Positions 17,869-26,169 are shown, numbered from the stretch's first letter. The stretch: DNA of 64,000 bases from Acidobacteriota bacterium (GCA_965209055.1 OZ242374.1:2720001-2784000), one strand, 5' to 3'. Notes: generated from the letters alone by a model not told the origin. Numbers and translations: made by a program.

Positions 17869-17942
17869 CGGCCCCGGCCAGATTCGAACTGACGACCTCC
17901 GTGTTCGGCAAACCGGCGCTCTTTCCACTGAGCTACGGGGAC
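17869..17942 (-). tRNA. irregular tRNA, Arg-like body, apparent anticodon GCC (possibly a pseudogene)
   Basis: GTCCCCG TA GCTC AGTGGAAA GAGC G CCGGT TTGCCGA ACACGG AGGTC GTCAG TTCGAAT CTGGC CGGGGCC G. U2.C71 mismatch and one extra base in the anticodon arm. Confidence 0.7.
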
Positions 17943-17983
17943 CACCCCTATTCTATCACCGGTTGGGCGTAGAGTAAGAAAGG

Positions 17984-18069
17984 TGCCCGAGGCGGGATTC
18001 GAACCCGCAAACTCTTGGGGAGTCGCCGGTTTTCTAAACCGGAGCGTATACCAGTTCCGCCACTCGGGC
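17984..18069 (-). tRNA. type II tRNA, Leu-type body, anticodon AGA (Ser)
   Basis: GCCCGAG TG GCGG AACTGGTATA CGC T CCGGT TTAGAAA ACCGG [long variable arm] GCGGG TTCGAAT CCCGC CTCGGGC A. Acceptor, anticodon and T stems are perfect; CCA is not encoded. Confidence 0.9.
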
Positions 18070-18089
18070 ACTCGACAAGGAGTTTATGA

Positions 18090-18173
18090 TGCCCGAGGCG
18101 GGGATCGAACCCGCACGGCCATTCGGCCGGCAGATTTCTAGTCTGCTGTGTCTGCCGGTTTCACCACTCGGGC
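18090..18173 (-). tRNA. type II tRNA, Leu-type body, anticodon AGA (Ser)
   Basis: GCCCGAG TG GTG AAACCGGCAGA CAC A GCAGA CTAGAAA TCTGC CGGCCGAATGGCCGT GCGGG TTCGATC CCCGC CTCGGGC A. Stems are perfect; CCA is not encoded. Confidence 0.9.
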
Positions 18174-18186
18174 ATCTACTCCTGGG

Positions 18187-18195
18187 AGTCTAGCA
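18187..18195 (-). promoter_or_regulatory. extended -10 promoter for the tRNA cluster
   Basis: TGCTAGACT (TGn-TAGACT) ending 13 nt upstream of the first tRNA. Confidence 0.45.
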
Positions 18196-18283
18196 CATGC
18201 CGAAACCCGTTGCTCTTCCACCACTTCCGCCTGGAACGACGATGGAGGATATCGCCCGATCGTTGTTTCGGAAATCTACGGGA

Positions 18284-19279
18284 TCAGGACCTCGCGCCAG
18301 CGTCGAGCCCGTTATCGGCCGTCAAGTCTCGATACATGAGGCGACGTCCGACAACGGCCATAACGAGGAGTCTCATCTGATCGAGGGTGTCGAGATTACG
18401 GACGTTGTGCCGACTTGAGAACTCCCTCACGTACCGTTCCAAGTGCTTCGGACTCATCTTGTGGAAGGTCCCCGTGTAGGACCGTTTCAGCATGGACCAG
18501 AAGGACTCGATCCCGTTGGTGTGAGCCTGCCCCCGGACATACTCCCCGACCGAATGTCTGACTGCCTCATGGTCGGGCAGCTTGAGGTAGATTCGAGAGT
18601 CGTCTGTGTAAGACTTCGCCCCGGGCTTCACGTGCTCCATAATGAACCGGGACAAGGTTTCACTCGTCACGTTCGAGACTCTCGTTGCCCGGACCTGATT
18701 TGAGGCACGATCCTTGATGCCAACGACCGCCGTCTTGCCGGTCGCTCCCCGTCCGTGCAGTTTGTCACGTTGCTTCTTGTGCATGTTGCGGCGCTTCCCT
18801 CCCAGGTAGACCTCGTCGATTTCGACTGGTCCTGAGAAGGGATCGGGATCACCAGAAAACGCCTCACGGAGCCGATGGGCGAGATGCCACGCCGATTTTT
18901 GAGTGATTCCCAGGTCTCGGTGCAGCTTCATTGACGAGACGCCCTTGAGGCTCGTCATCCACAGATACATGGCGTATGCCCATTTACGGAGGGGTAGTCG
19001 GGAACTCTCCAGAACGGACCCGACTCGGACGGAGAAGTACTTTTTGCAGCCACGACAGCGGTAGGGTTGAGGCTTGCCCGACTTGACCACGTAGGTGTCG
19101 CAGTCTCCGCATCGGGGGCAGGGACGATCCTCGGATTCCTGGCCGGGCACAGCATCGGGCCAGCGGACCGTCTCGAACCACTCGACGGCGGCTTGCTCGT
19201 CGGGGAACAGTTCGGAGAGTTGTAGCAGTGTGATTCCCTTACGATGCGATTTTCCAGGGGCTTTCTTCTTTGTACTCAT
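18284..19279 (-). CDS. IS1595-family transposase
   Basis: Zn ribbon 'CPRCG...YRCRGC', HTH 'KGVSSMKLHRDLGITQKSAW', catalytic 'VEIDEVYLGG', 'YTDD', 'HTNGIESFWS'; intact. Confidence 0.97.
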   Translation of the reverse strand: MSTKKKAPGKSHRKGITLLQLSELFPDEQAAVEWFETVRWPDAVPGQESEDRPCPRCGDCDTYVVKSGKPQPYRCRGCKKYFSVRVGSVLESSRLPLRKWAYAMYLWMTSLKGVSSMKLHRDLGITQKSAWHLAHRLREAFSGDPDPFSGPVEIDEVYLGGKRRNMHKKQRDKLHGRGATGKTAVVGIKDRASNQVRATRVSNVTSETLSRFIMEHVKPGAKSYTDDSRIYLKLPDHEAVRHSVGEYVRGQAHTNGIESFWSMLKRSYTGTFHKMSPKHLERYVREFSSRHNVRNLDTLDQMRLLVMAVVGRRLMYRDLTADNGLDAGARS

Positions 19280-19301
19280 GACAGGAATTTGCTAAGGTGA
19301 G

Positions 19302-19394
19302 GAGAAGACGTGGGCCGCAACCGTCGCCCGTCTGGTTTCTTTCCAGCTGAGCTACAGACGGGAGTTAACGTAGATCGAGGCACCACGTCCTCTC
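19302..19394 (-). ncRNA. putative structured RNA, family A copy 2
   Basis: Shares CCGCAACCGTCGCC and GGAGTTAACGTA-ATCGAGGC with 12389-12481; different apical hairpin. Confidence 0.55.
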
Positions 19395-19432
19395 GATTCA
19401 TTGTACTCCAAAATGCGCTTGTGGTATAAGGA

Positions 19433-19640
19433 GAAACGGGAGGGCGTTCAATCCACCCTGCCCAGCCGCCCCGAGAGGGACGGCCCGGCGTGAGGGACAG
19501 GGTGAAACTTGGCGGCTCGCCGTTCAAGCCCTGGTCCTTGCTACGTGAACGTGCTCTACCACGGGGCCAGGGATCAAACTTGGCGCCCAGCCCTGTTCTG
19601 ACCAGACTGTCGAGGACTCTCGACTCGGGCCGGGACTGAA
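19433..19640 (-). ncRNA. stack of further imperfect hairpins upstream of the transposase
   Basis: AACGG/CCGTT with CACCCTG/CAGGGTG (about 19433-19525), CCCTGG/CCAGGG (about 19529-19572) and a GTCGAG/CTCGAC hairpin (about 19609-19624). Confidence 0.35.
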
Positions 19641-19730
19641 ATGCGAACTCCCTGTATTTTCCCGGAAGTCTTGCTGGAACGTCAACCCCTCACGATGCGA
19701 CTTTCCAGGGGCTATCTTCTTTTTCTTCAT
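19524..19730 (-). pseudogene. short ORF beginning with a duplicate of the transposase N-terminus
   Basis: MKKKKIAPGKSHREGLTF versus transposase MSTKKKAPGKSHRKGITL; similarity is lost after about 18 codons. Confidence 0.65.
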
Positions 19731-19748
19731 GACTTTCCTCACACCGGG

Positions 19749-19777
19749 AGTATACTAGGTTGTGAGGAAATTGTCAA
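19749..19777 (-). promoter_or_regulatory. inward sigma70 promoter overlapping the right TIR
   Basis: TTGACA-N17-TATACT, then GAGGAA and ATG 19730. Confidence 0.8.
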
Positions 19778-19803
19778 ATTCAGTATATAATCCCCAATCG
19801 GAA

Positions 19804-20604
19804 AGCTGGTTCCTGACGGTCAACGAGCACCAGGCCCTGGCCGGCGCGCTGCCTCATGCCACGCTGGTCGACTGCTCCAGCGTCATCGAGGAGGCGCGGA
19901 TGATCAAGTCGGCCGAGGAGGTGGATGTGATTCGCCAGGCGGTGGCCATCGCCGACCGGGCGTGTCTGGCTGGGATCCGGGCGACTCGACCGGGGACCAC
20001 CGAGGACCGGATCGCGGCGGCCGTCTACAAGGAATGGTGCGAGGCGGGAGCCGAGTACACCGGACTGCCCAACTTCATTGTTTCGGGGCCCCGGTCAGGC
20101 GCGTGCCATGCCACCTGGCGGGGCCGCCGGCTGGAGGACGACGACCACTGCTGCTTTGAAATCGCGGCCTCCAAGCATCGTTATTGCGGGGCCGTTTTCC
20201 GCATGGCCACGGTGGGCCGGGTGAATCCCCGGCTGCGCCGGCTTTCTGACGCGCAGAACCGGGCCATCCAGGAAGTGATCGACGCCATCCGGCCGGGGGC
20301 CGTTTCGGAAGAGGTGGACCAGGTCGGCCGGGACGTCATCGCCAAGGCGGGGTTCGGCAAGTGGCACGTGAGCCGGCTGGGCTATTCCATCGGCATCAAC
20401 TATCCCCCCGACTGGGGTGAGGGCCAGATCATCAGCATCCGGCAGGGGGAGAAGCGGCGCCTCCACGAGAACATGACCTTCCACCTGGTGGCCGGCGTCC
20501 TCATTCCCGGCGAGTTCGGCAGCGGGTCCAGCGCCTCGGTGCGCGTCACCGCCACCGGCTGCGAGGTGTTGACCTCGCTTCCACTCCAGCTTTACGAGAA
20601 CTGA
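19804..20604 (+). pseudogene. M24 peptidase-family gene, 3' half
   Basis: 'RMIKSAEE', 'HATW', 'GYSIGINYPPDWGE', 'ENMTFH'. Joins the 5' half in frame (..LGIESE|SWFLTV..) to give 396 aa. Confidence 0.9.
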
Positions 20605-20630
20605 CCGGGGACGGAAATCTACGGCCGCCG

Positions 20631-21914
20631 TCACCGGCTTCGAATGGTCTTGTCCGCGGGTTGGTACCGGTTGCCCAGGTTCCGCCACTCCAACTGTAAG
20701 AACTTGAAGGGTTCGTCTCCCAGCACCTTGTAGCCGTGCTTGGCGTAGCGGGGGCAGAAGATCACGTCCCCGGGGCCCACCTCCCGCTCGAATTCGCCGA
20801 CCTCCCAGATTGCCCGGCCCGAGACCACGATCTCCGCCTGCTCCATGTCGGGATGGTAGTGCACCGGCGTGTAGCCGCCCGGCTCGTACTGGACCAGGGC
20901 GATGATGGCGGCCTCCGAGTTCTTACCCGGAAGCACCAGCCCCACCTGGGAGATCCCGTAGTGGCCTCCCGCCCGCTCCGGGCTCAGCTTGATCAGGGGA
21001 GTCTGTTTCTCCGAGAGGACGTAGCCCACGGTCCGGGCCAGGACCAGATCGGTTGCGCCCTTCCCGTCCAGGTCGATGCCCCCATTGGGCCTCGCCCTCC
21101 AGTTGAAGTCGACCGTTTCGAATCCGAAGCGGAGCACACCGTCCAATCCGGGTCCCGCGTTGGCTACCAGGAGTTCTCCGTCCCGGGTGAACTCCAGTCC
21201 GCGGGGAACGCGGAGGCCGGGGTGGGCCAATGTCCCGTTGGCAATCAGCGCGCCGTCCTGAAGCCGAAGCCGGTGAATCGTGGGTTGGGACTCGTCGGAG
21301 ACGAAGACCTCTCCCCAGGGACTTACCGCGGCCGCCGTCAGCCGGCTGCCCGGCATGGCCAGTGCTTCCTTGGCCTCCAGGGCGCCCGCGTCGTCGCCGG
21401 AAAGCAGGTCGATCCGGTCCGCAGCCACTCCGAAAGCGGCGTAGTCCAGAACGAAGAGGTCCCGATAGCGGTCTCCGGTGGTCCCTTGCAGCCGGGCGAG
21501 ACGCTGACGGTCGCGGTAGTGACCCCCGCCGCTCTCGGAGTAGAGACGGCTGCCACTGCGGAAATTCTGCGCCGTATCGGTCTTCTCCAGCCGCCGGCCG
21601 GCGAGGTCGGAGGCCTGTCCCGGGTTGCCGTCGTACTTCGTCAGGCCGTGTGAACGGCGATACAGCAACCGGGCCGTGGGGCGCTTCTGTCCGTCGTAGG
21701 TGACCAGGATGTTGCCGTCCCGCATTTCCAGCGACTGCGCCGGAAAGACGCCGGGCAGGTCGCGTTCCCGGTAGGCTCGAACCTGCCGGGCGTTTCCTTC
21801 GTCGTCGATGTCGACCTCCAGGATGGCTTCCTCACCCTGGAGGACGAAGAGGCGGTTCTCGGCCCGGCCGGTCAGGGGAAAGAGCAGCAATAGGCAGACG
21901 AAGACACTTCGCAT
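20631..21914 (-). CDS. secreted beta-propeller-like protein with C-terminal cupin
   Basis: Signal peptide; cupin 'PVHYHPDMEQ..V.SG', 'GPGDVIFCP...HG'. Confidence 0.7.
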   Translation of the reverse strand: MRSVFVCLLLLFPLTGRAENRLFVLQGEEAILEVDIDDEGNARQVRAYRERDLPGVFPAQSLEMRDGNILVTYDGQKRPTARLLYRRSHGLTKYDGNPGQASDLAGRRLEKTDTAQNFRSGSRLYSESGGGHYRDRQRLARLQGTTGDRYRDLFVLDYAAFGVAADRIDLLSGDDAGALEAKEALAMPGSRLTAAAVSPWGEVFVSDESQPTIHRLRLQDGALIANGTLAHPGLRVPRGLEFTRDGELLVANAGPGLDGVLRFGFETVDFNWRARPNGGIDLDGKGATDLVLARTVGYVLSEKQTPLIKLSPERAGGHYGISQVGLVLPGKNSEAAIIALVQYEPGGYTPVHYHPDMEQAEIVVSGRAIWEVGEFEREVGPGDVIFCPRYAKHGYKVLGDEPFKFLQLEWRNLGNRYQPADKTIRSR

Positions 21915-21947
21915 GAGTTCCTCCTGAATTGGGGGGCCGCAGGCCGG

Positions 21948-23306
21948 TTAGCCCAGGACCTCGCCCACGGACTCGGTCATGATCTCGACGACACGATCGA
22001 TTTGCGACCGGCTGATGATGACGGGCGGAGCCAGGCAGAAGACGTCCTGCCGCAGGCGGCTGAAGAGCCCCCGCTCCTGGGCCGCCTGGTGGACCCGGAT
22101 CCCCACCTTCTCGGCGGCGGGGAACTCCGCCTTGGTCGCCTTGTCCTGGACCAGCTCGATTCCGGCCATGAGGCCCAGACCGCGGACCTCGCCCACGTGG
22201 GGATGGCCTCCCAGCGCCGACTGCAGACCGTCCAGCAGGTAGCGCCCCTTCTCGGCAGCCTGGGAGGGGAAGTCCTCTCCCTCGATGATGTCCAGGTTGG
22301 CCAGCGCGACGGCGCAGCCGACGGGGTGGGCGCTGTAGGTGTAGGCGTGCATCCAGGTCGACTTTCCTTCGTCCATGACCTCGGCGATCCGCTCGCTGAC
22401 GCCGATTCCGCCCAGCGGAAAGTATCCGGAGGTCAACGCCTTGGCATACTGGATCATGTCCGGCTCGATGTCCCAGTGCTCCAGGCCGAACATGCGCCCG
22501 GTCCGCCCGAAACCGGTGATGACCTCGTCGGAGACCAGGAGCACGTCGTACCGGTCGCAGATTTCCCGGATGCGCTGAAAATAGCCATCGGGCGGAACGA
22601 TGACGCCGCCGGCGCCCTGGACCGGTTCGGCCAGGAACATGGCCACCGTGTCGGGACCCTCCCGCAGGATGGCCTTCTCCAACTCGTCGGCCGCGGCCAC
22701 GGCGGGGTCGGTGCCCTCCGGGGCCTCGTAGCGGTAGGGGTAGGGGGACGGAACGTGAATGAAACCGGGCACCCGGGGCTCGAACATGGGCCAGTAGGCG
22801 GTGATCCCGGTGGCGCTCATGGCGGCCAGCGTGACCCCGTGGTACCCCCACTGCCTGGAGATCACCTTGGTCTTGTGCGGATAGCCCAGGAGCTTCCAGT
22901 AGTACCGGGCCGTCTTGACGCAGCTTTCGGTGGACTCGCCGCCGCCTGAGGTGAAGAAGAACCTGGAGATGCTCGGGTAGGTGATATCCGAAATCCGCTG
23001 GGCCAGCCGGATGGCGGGCGGGTTGGAGCTTCCGGCGTAACCGGAACAGTATCCCAGTTGCTCCATCTGTCCGGAGGCGGCCCGGGCCAGCTCCCGCCGT
23101 CCGTGGCCGGCCACCACGTTCCAGAGGCCTGCCAGACCGTCGATGTATTCGCGTCCGTCGGCGTCCGTAAGGACGGCGCCTTCCCCTTTGACCCAGACGT
23201 GCCCCCGCTCCTGCAGATTGCGGTCGTGCAGGGGATGGATCAGATGGGCCCGGTCCTGGGTCAGCAGTTCGGTCTTGTTGCTGGTCATGGTTTGGGTGCT
23301 CGTCAT
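21948..23306 (-). CDS. class III PLP aminotransferase
   Basis: 'GLWNVVAGHG', 'YHGVT', 'EPVQGAGG', 'DEVITGFGRTG', 'AKALTSGY'. Confidence 0.92.
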   Translation of the reverse strand: MTSTQTMTSNKTELLTQDRAHLIHPLHDRNLQERGHVWVKGEGAVLTDADGREYIDGLAGLWNVVAGHGRRELARAASGQMEQLGYCSGYAGSSNPPAIRLAQRISDITYPSISRFFFTSGGGESTESCVKTARYYWKLLGYPHKTKVISRQWGYHGVTLAAMSATGITAYWPMFEPRVPGFIHVPSPYPYRYEAPEGTDPAVAAADELEKAILREGPDTVAMFLAEPVQGAGGVIVPPDGYFQRIREICDRYDVLLVSDEVITGFGRTGRMFGLEHWDIEPDMIQYAKALTSGYFPLGGIGVSERIAEVMDEGKSTWMHAYTYSAHPVGCAVALANLDIIEGEDFPSQAAEKGRYLLDGLQSALGGHPHVGEVRGLGLMAGIELVQDKATKAEFPAAEKVGIRVHQAAQERGLFSRLRQDVFCLAPPVIISRSQIDRVVEIMTESVGEVLG

Positions 23307-23332
23307 GAAAGGTCCTCCAGAATCGGTTCGCC

Positions 23333-24469
23333 TCAACCGGCGGCTCCGCACCATTGGCGGATCGTCTGTGTGAAGAGTTGGGTGCCCTTCTCGATCTGGT
23401 CCAGAAGGATCCACTCGTCGTGGGTATGGGCTTGGGCGATGTCCCCGGGTCCCAGCACCACCAACCGCTCCAACTCCGTCAGCATGGCGCCGTCAGTGCC
23501 GAAGGCGACGGTCCGGGGGACCCGCCGTCCCGTCAGGTCCAGCGCTTCCTGGACGAAGTCCGAGTCGGGATCCATGTAAATGGGCTTGCCCGTCCAGAGC
23601 GGGTTGAACTCGATTCCGCACTCCTCGGCCTTCTCCTGCGCCCGCCGCATCAGGCCGTCGGCGTCCATGCCGGCCATGGGACGGTAGTAGACGGTGCAGA
23701 TGCTCTGGGCCGCCTTCATGTTCACCACCCGGGTGTGGTCGTTGATCCCGATGTTCCAGCTGATTCCCGGCGGATCAAATTCATCGTTCTGCCACTCGGG
23801 GTCGGCCTCCGTCTCGTCGTGGATGCGCTTCATCTCCGAGAGGAAGGGAATCATGGCCAGGTTGGCGTTGAGGCCCTCGCGGCTGCTGGAGTGGGCCGCC
23901 TTTCCGTGCGAGGTGGCGATGAACCCGTAGGTTCCCTTGTGGGCATAGACCACTTCCAGCATGGTGGGCTCGCCAATGACTCCCCGGGTTCCTCCCTCGA
24001 CCATCTCGCGGAAGAACCGGGATTCGCGGGCCACCGCGGCCGCGCCCCCGTAGCCGATCTCTTCGTCCGAGGTCAGGGTGATGTAGAGGGGCTCCCGGAA
24101 GCGGGCGTCCGAGAACCGGCCCGCGGCCGCAAGCATGCAGGAGATGGACCCCTTCATGTCGCAGGAGCCGCGCCCGAAGAGGCGGTCCCCCTTGATGGTG
24201 GGCTCGAAGGGTCCGTGCTCGTCGGTGAACCAGGTGTCGGCAGGGACCGTGTCGGTGTGGCCGAAGTAGGCCATGCCGCCCTGGCCCTCTCCCCGCTTGC
24301 CCACGATGCTGGCTTTGCGGACTCCGTTGGCGTCGTCGTACTCGATCCGCTCCGTCTCGAAATCCAGGCGTTTCAACGCCTCTTCCACGTAGTCGGCCGC
24401 CGGCAGGTTGGAACGGCTGCTGGTGGTGTTCATGGGAACCAGGTCGTGCAGATAGTCGAGGGCTTCCAT
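23333..24469 (-). CDS. M20 acetylornithine deacetylase (ArgE-like)
   Basis: 'GHTDTVP', 'GRGSCDMKG', 'DEEIG', 'GEPT', 'GPGDIAQAHTHDE'. Confidence 0.88.
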   Translation of the reverse strand: MEALDYLHDLVPMNTTSSRSNLPAADYVEEALKRLDFETERIEYDDANGVRKASIVGKRGEGQGGMAYFGHTDTVPADTWFTDEHGPFEPTIKGDRLFGRGSCDMKGSISCMLAAAGRFSDARFREPLYITLTSDEEIGYGGAAAVARESRFFREMVEGGTRGVIGEPTMLEVVYAHKGTYGFIATSHGKAAHSSSREGLNANLAMIPFLSEMKRIHDETEADPEWQNDEFDPPGISWNIGINDHTRVVNMKAAQSICTVYYRPMAGMDADGLMRRAQEKAEECGIEFNPLWTGKPIYMDPDSDFVQEALDLTGRRVPRTVAFGTDGAMLTELERLVVLGPGDIAQAHTHDEWILLDQIEKGTQLFTQTIRQWCGAAG

Positions 24470-24596
24470 GGGCTCGCTTCTCCTGATTATTTCGACCCGT
24501 TTATATCACCCGCGCCGGAGCCGGGGGAATCGGCCACCGTGTGTTATTTTCCCTCGTCCGGTGATTTAATCGGCGCAACCCGATAGAGGAGGGATC

Positions 24597-26141
24597 GTGA
24601 AGAAGCTGATTTTGTACACACTGATGACGATCTGGCTGGCGGGACCGCTCTCGCTTTCCTTGTCTGCCGGATCCCACGGCGTTGTCCGGGATGTCGGGTC
24701 GCGTCTGGAACTCTTCGTTGACGACTGGCTGATCGCACGCATGGACAATTTGCGGTTGGCAATGCACCGCCCGCAACCGGCCGAGGTGGCCATCGAATTC
24801 GACCGGCCCTGGGAAGGAGAGTACTCGGCCTACGTGACCGTGTTCCAGGACGGCGACCGGTTCCGGATGTACTACCGGGGCGTGGGGACGGCCGAAGATG
24901 CCAAGCAGGTCTACTGCTATGCCGAGAGCCGCGACGGCGTCCACTGGACGCGGCCCTCGCTGGGTCTGCATTCCCACAACGGCTCCAAGGACAACAACAT
25001 CATCTTGACGGACAAGGGGTCGCACAACTTCGCCCCGTTCAAGGATTCGAACCCCGAAGCTCCGGCCGACCAGCGATACAAGGCGCTGGGAGGAGGTCCG
25101 CTCCTGGTCTTCGCCTCGGCCGACGGCCTGAACTGGAGGCAGGTCCAGGAGGAGCCGGTCATCAGCGACGGCGCCTTCGATTCCCAGAACCTGGCGTTCT
25201 GGGATCCGGAAAGAAAAAAGTACGTGGCCTTCTACCGGGATTTCATCCGCCCCGTTGGAGCCACGTGGAAATATTCGGGTGTGCGAGCCATCAAGACGGC
25301 GACCTCAGCCGATTTCTTCACCTGGACCGAGGGCAAGTACCTGGACTATGAGGACGCGCCCCTGGAGCACTTCTACACCAACGCCATCACGCCCTATCCC
25401 CGGGCGCCGCACATCTATCTGGGTTTTCCCAAGCGCTTCATGCCCACCCGGATCGTCCAGGAATCGGACGAAGCTCTGTTTCAGACCTATTGGAAGGAAC
25501 TGCACGAGCCTGGAAGAGAGGACCGGCTCGAACGGAACCGCAAGCGAGCCGCGGCGGCGGGTCAATCTCTGGAGGAATGGTACCGGATCGCCCTCTTTGG
25601 CGGGGTCTCGGACGCGGTTCTCATCAGCAGCCGTGACGGATATCGTTTCCAGCGGACTTTTCGGGAGGGTTTCGTCCGCGCCGGCCTGGACCAGGGGAAC
25701 TGGGGGCACCGGAACAACATGACGGCCTGGGGAATCCTCCAGACCGGCCCCGAAGAGGTCTCAATCTATCTGGGTGAGCACTATGAGCTGCCCACCTGCC
25801 GGCTGCGCCGCCACACCCTGAGAGTCGACGGCTTCGCCTCCGTCCACGCCGATTTCGGGGGCGGTAGACTCCTGACTCACCCACTCATTTTCGACGGGAA
25901 GGAACTGGTCCTCAACTACTCGACGTCCGCCGTCGGCTACGTGAAGGTGGGCCTGCAGGATGAGTTGGGGCGACCCGTCCCGGGCCTGAGCCTGAACGAA
26001 AGTCCCGAAATCTACGGGGACGAAATCGAGCGCGTGGTCCGTTGGAACGGCGACGGCGACCTGGGCGACTGGTCCGGCAAGAAGGTCCGCCTGGTGTTCG
26101 AGATGAAGGACGCCGACCTCTATTCGATTCGCTTCCGTTAA
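24597..26141 (+). CDS. secreted GH43/GH32-clan-like beta-propeller protein
   Basis: 'LELFVDD', 'YAESRDGVHWTRP.LG', 'FDSQN', 'LRVDGFAS', C-terminal 'LYSIRF'. Confidence 0.75.
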   Translation: MKKLILYTLMTIWLAGPLSLSLSAGSHGVVRDVGSRLELFVDDWLIARMDNLRLAMHRPQPAEVAIEFDRPWEGEYSAYVTVFQDGDRFRMYYRGVGTAEDAKQVYCYAESRDGVHWTRPSLGLHSHNGSKDNNIILTDKGSHNFAPFKDSNPEAPADQRYKALGGGPLLVFASADGLNWRQVQEEPVISDGAFDSQNLAFWDPERKKYVAFYRDFIRPVGATWKYSGVRAIKTATSADFFTWTEGKYLDYEDAPLEHFYTNAITPYPRAPHIYLGFPKRFMPTRIVQESDEALFQTYWKELHEPGREDRLERNRKRAAAAGQSLEEWYRIALFGGVSDAVLISSRDGYRFQRTFREGFVRAGLDQGNWGHRNNMTAWGILQTGPEEVSIYLGEHYELPTCRLRRHTLRVDGFASVHADFGGGRLLTHPLIFDGKELVLNYSTSAVGYVKVGLQDELGRPVPGLSLNESPEIYGDEIERVVRWNGDGDLGDWSGKKVRLVFEMKDADLYSIRFR

Positions 26142-26169
26142 CAAGACGGGCGGGAGGATTGCATCCGGG

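Larger units (their letters stand above)
12331..19795 (-). mobile_element. IS1595-family element with passenger genes, 7,465 bp
   Basis: Perfect 22-bp TIRs GGGGATTATATACTGAATTTGA (12331-12352) / TCAAATTCAGTATATAATCCCC (19774-19795). 8-bp TSD AATCGGAA (12323-12330, 19796-19803). Internal IS1595 transposase. Removal restores the M24 frame. Confidence 0.95.

Noticed and set aside
17719-18071. 5' extension of ORF 16705-17928 and ORF 17811-18071
   Set aside because: They run through tRNA genes; the real start is 17718, with promoter, RBS and signal peptide.
17984-18173. Reading both tRNAs as ordinary tRNA-Leu(TAG)
   Set aside because: TAG occupies positions 33-35; centring it breaks the perfect anticodon stems in both genes.
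19762-19803. New start for the M24 3' half inside the TIR
   Set aside because: The GTG lies in the element end with no evident RBS; treated as a chance open frame.
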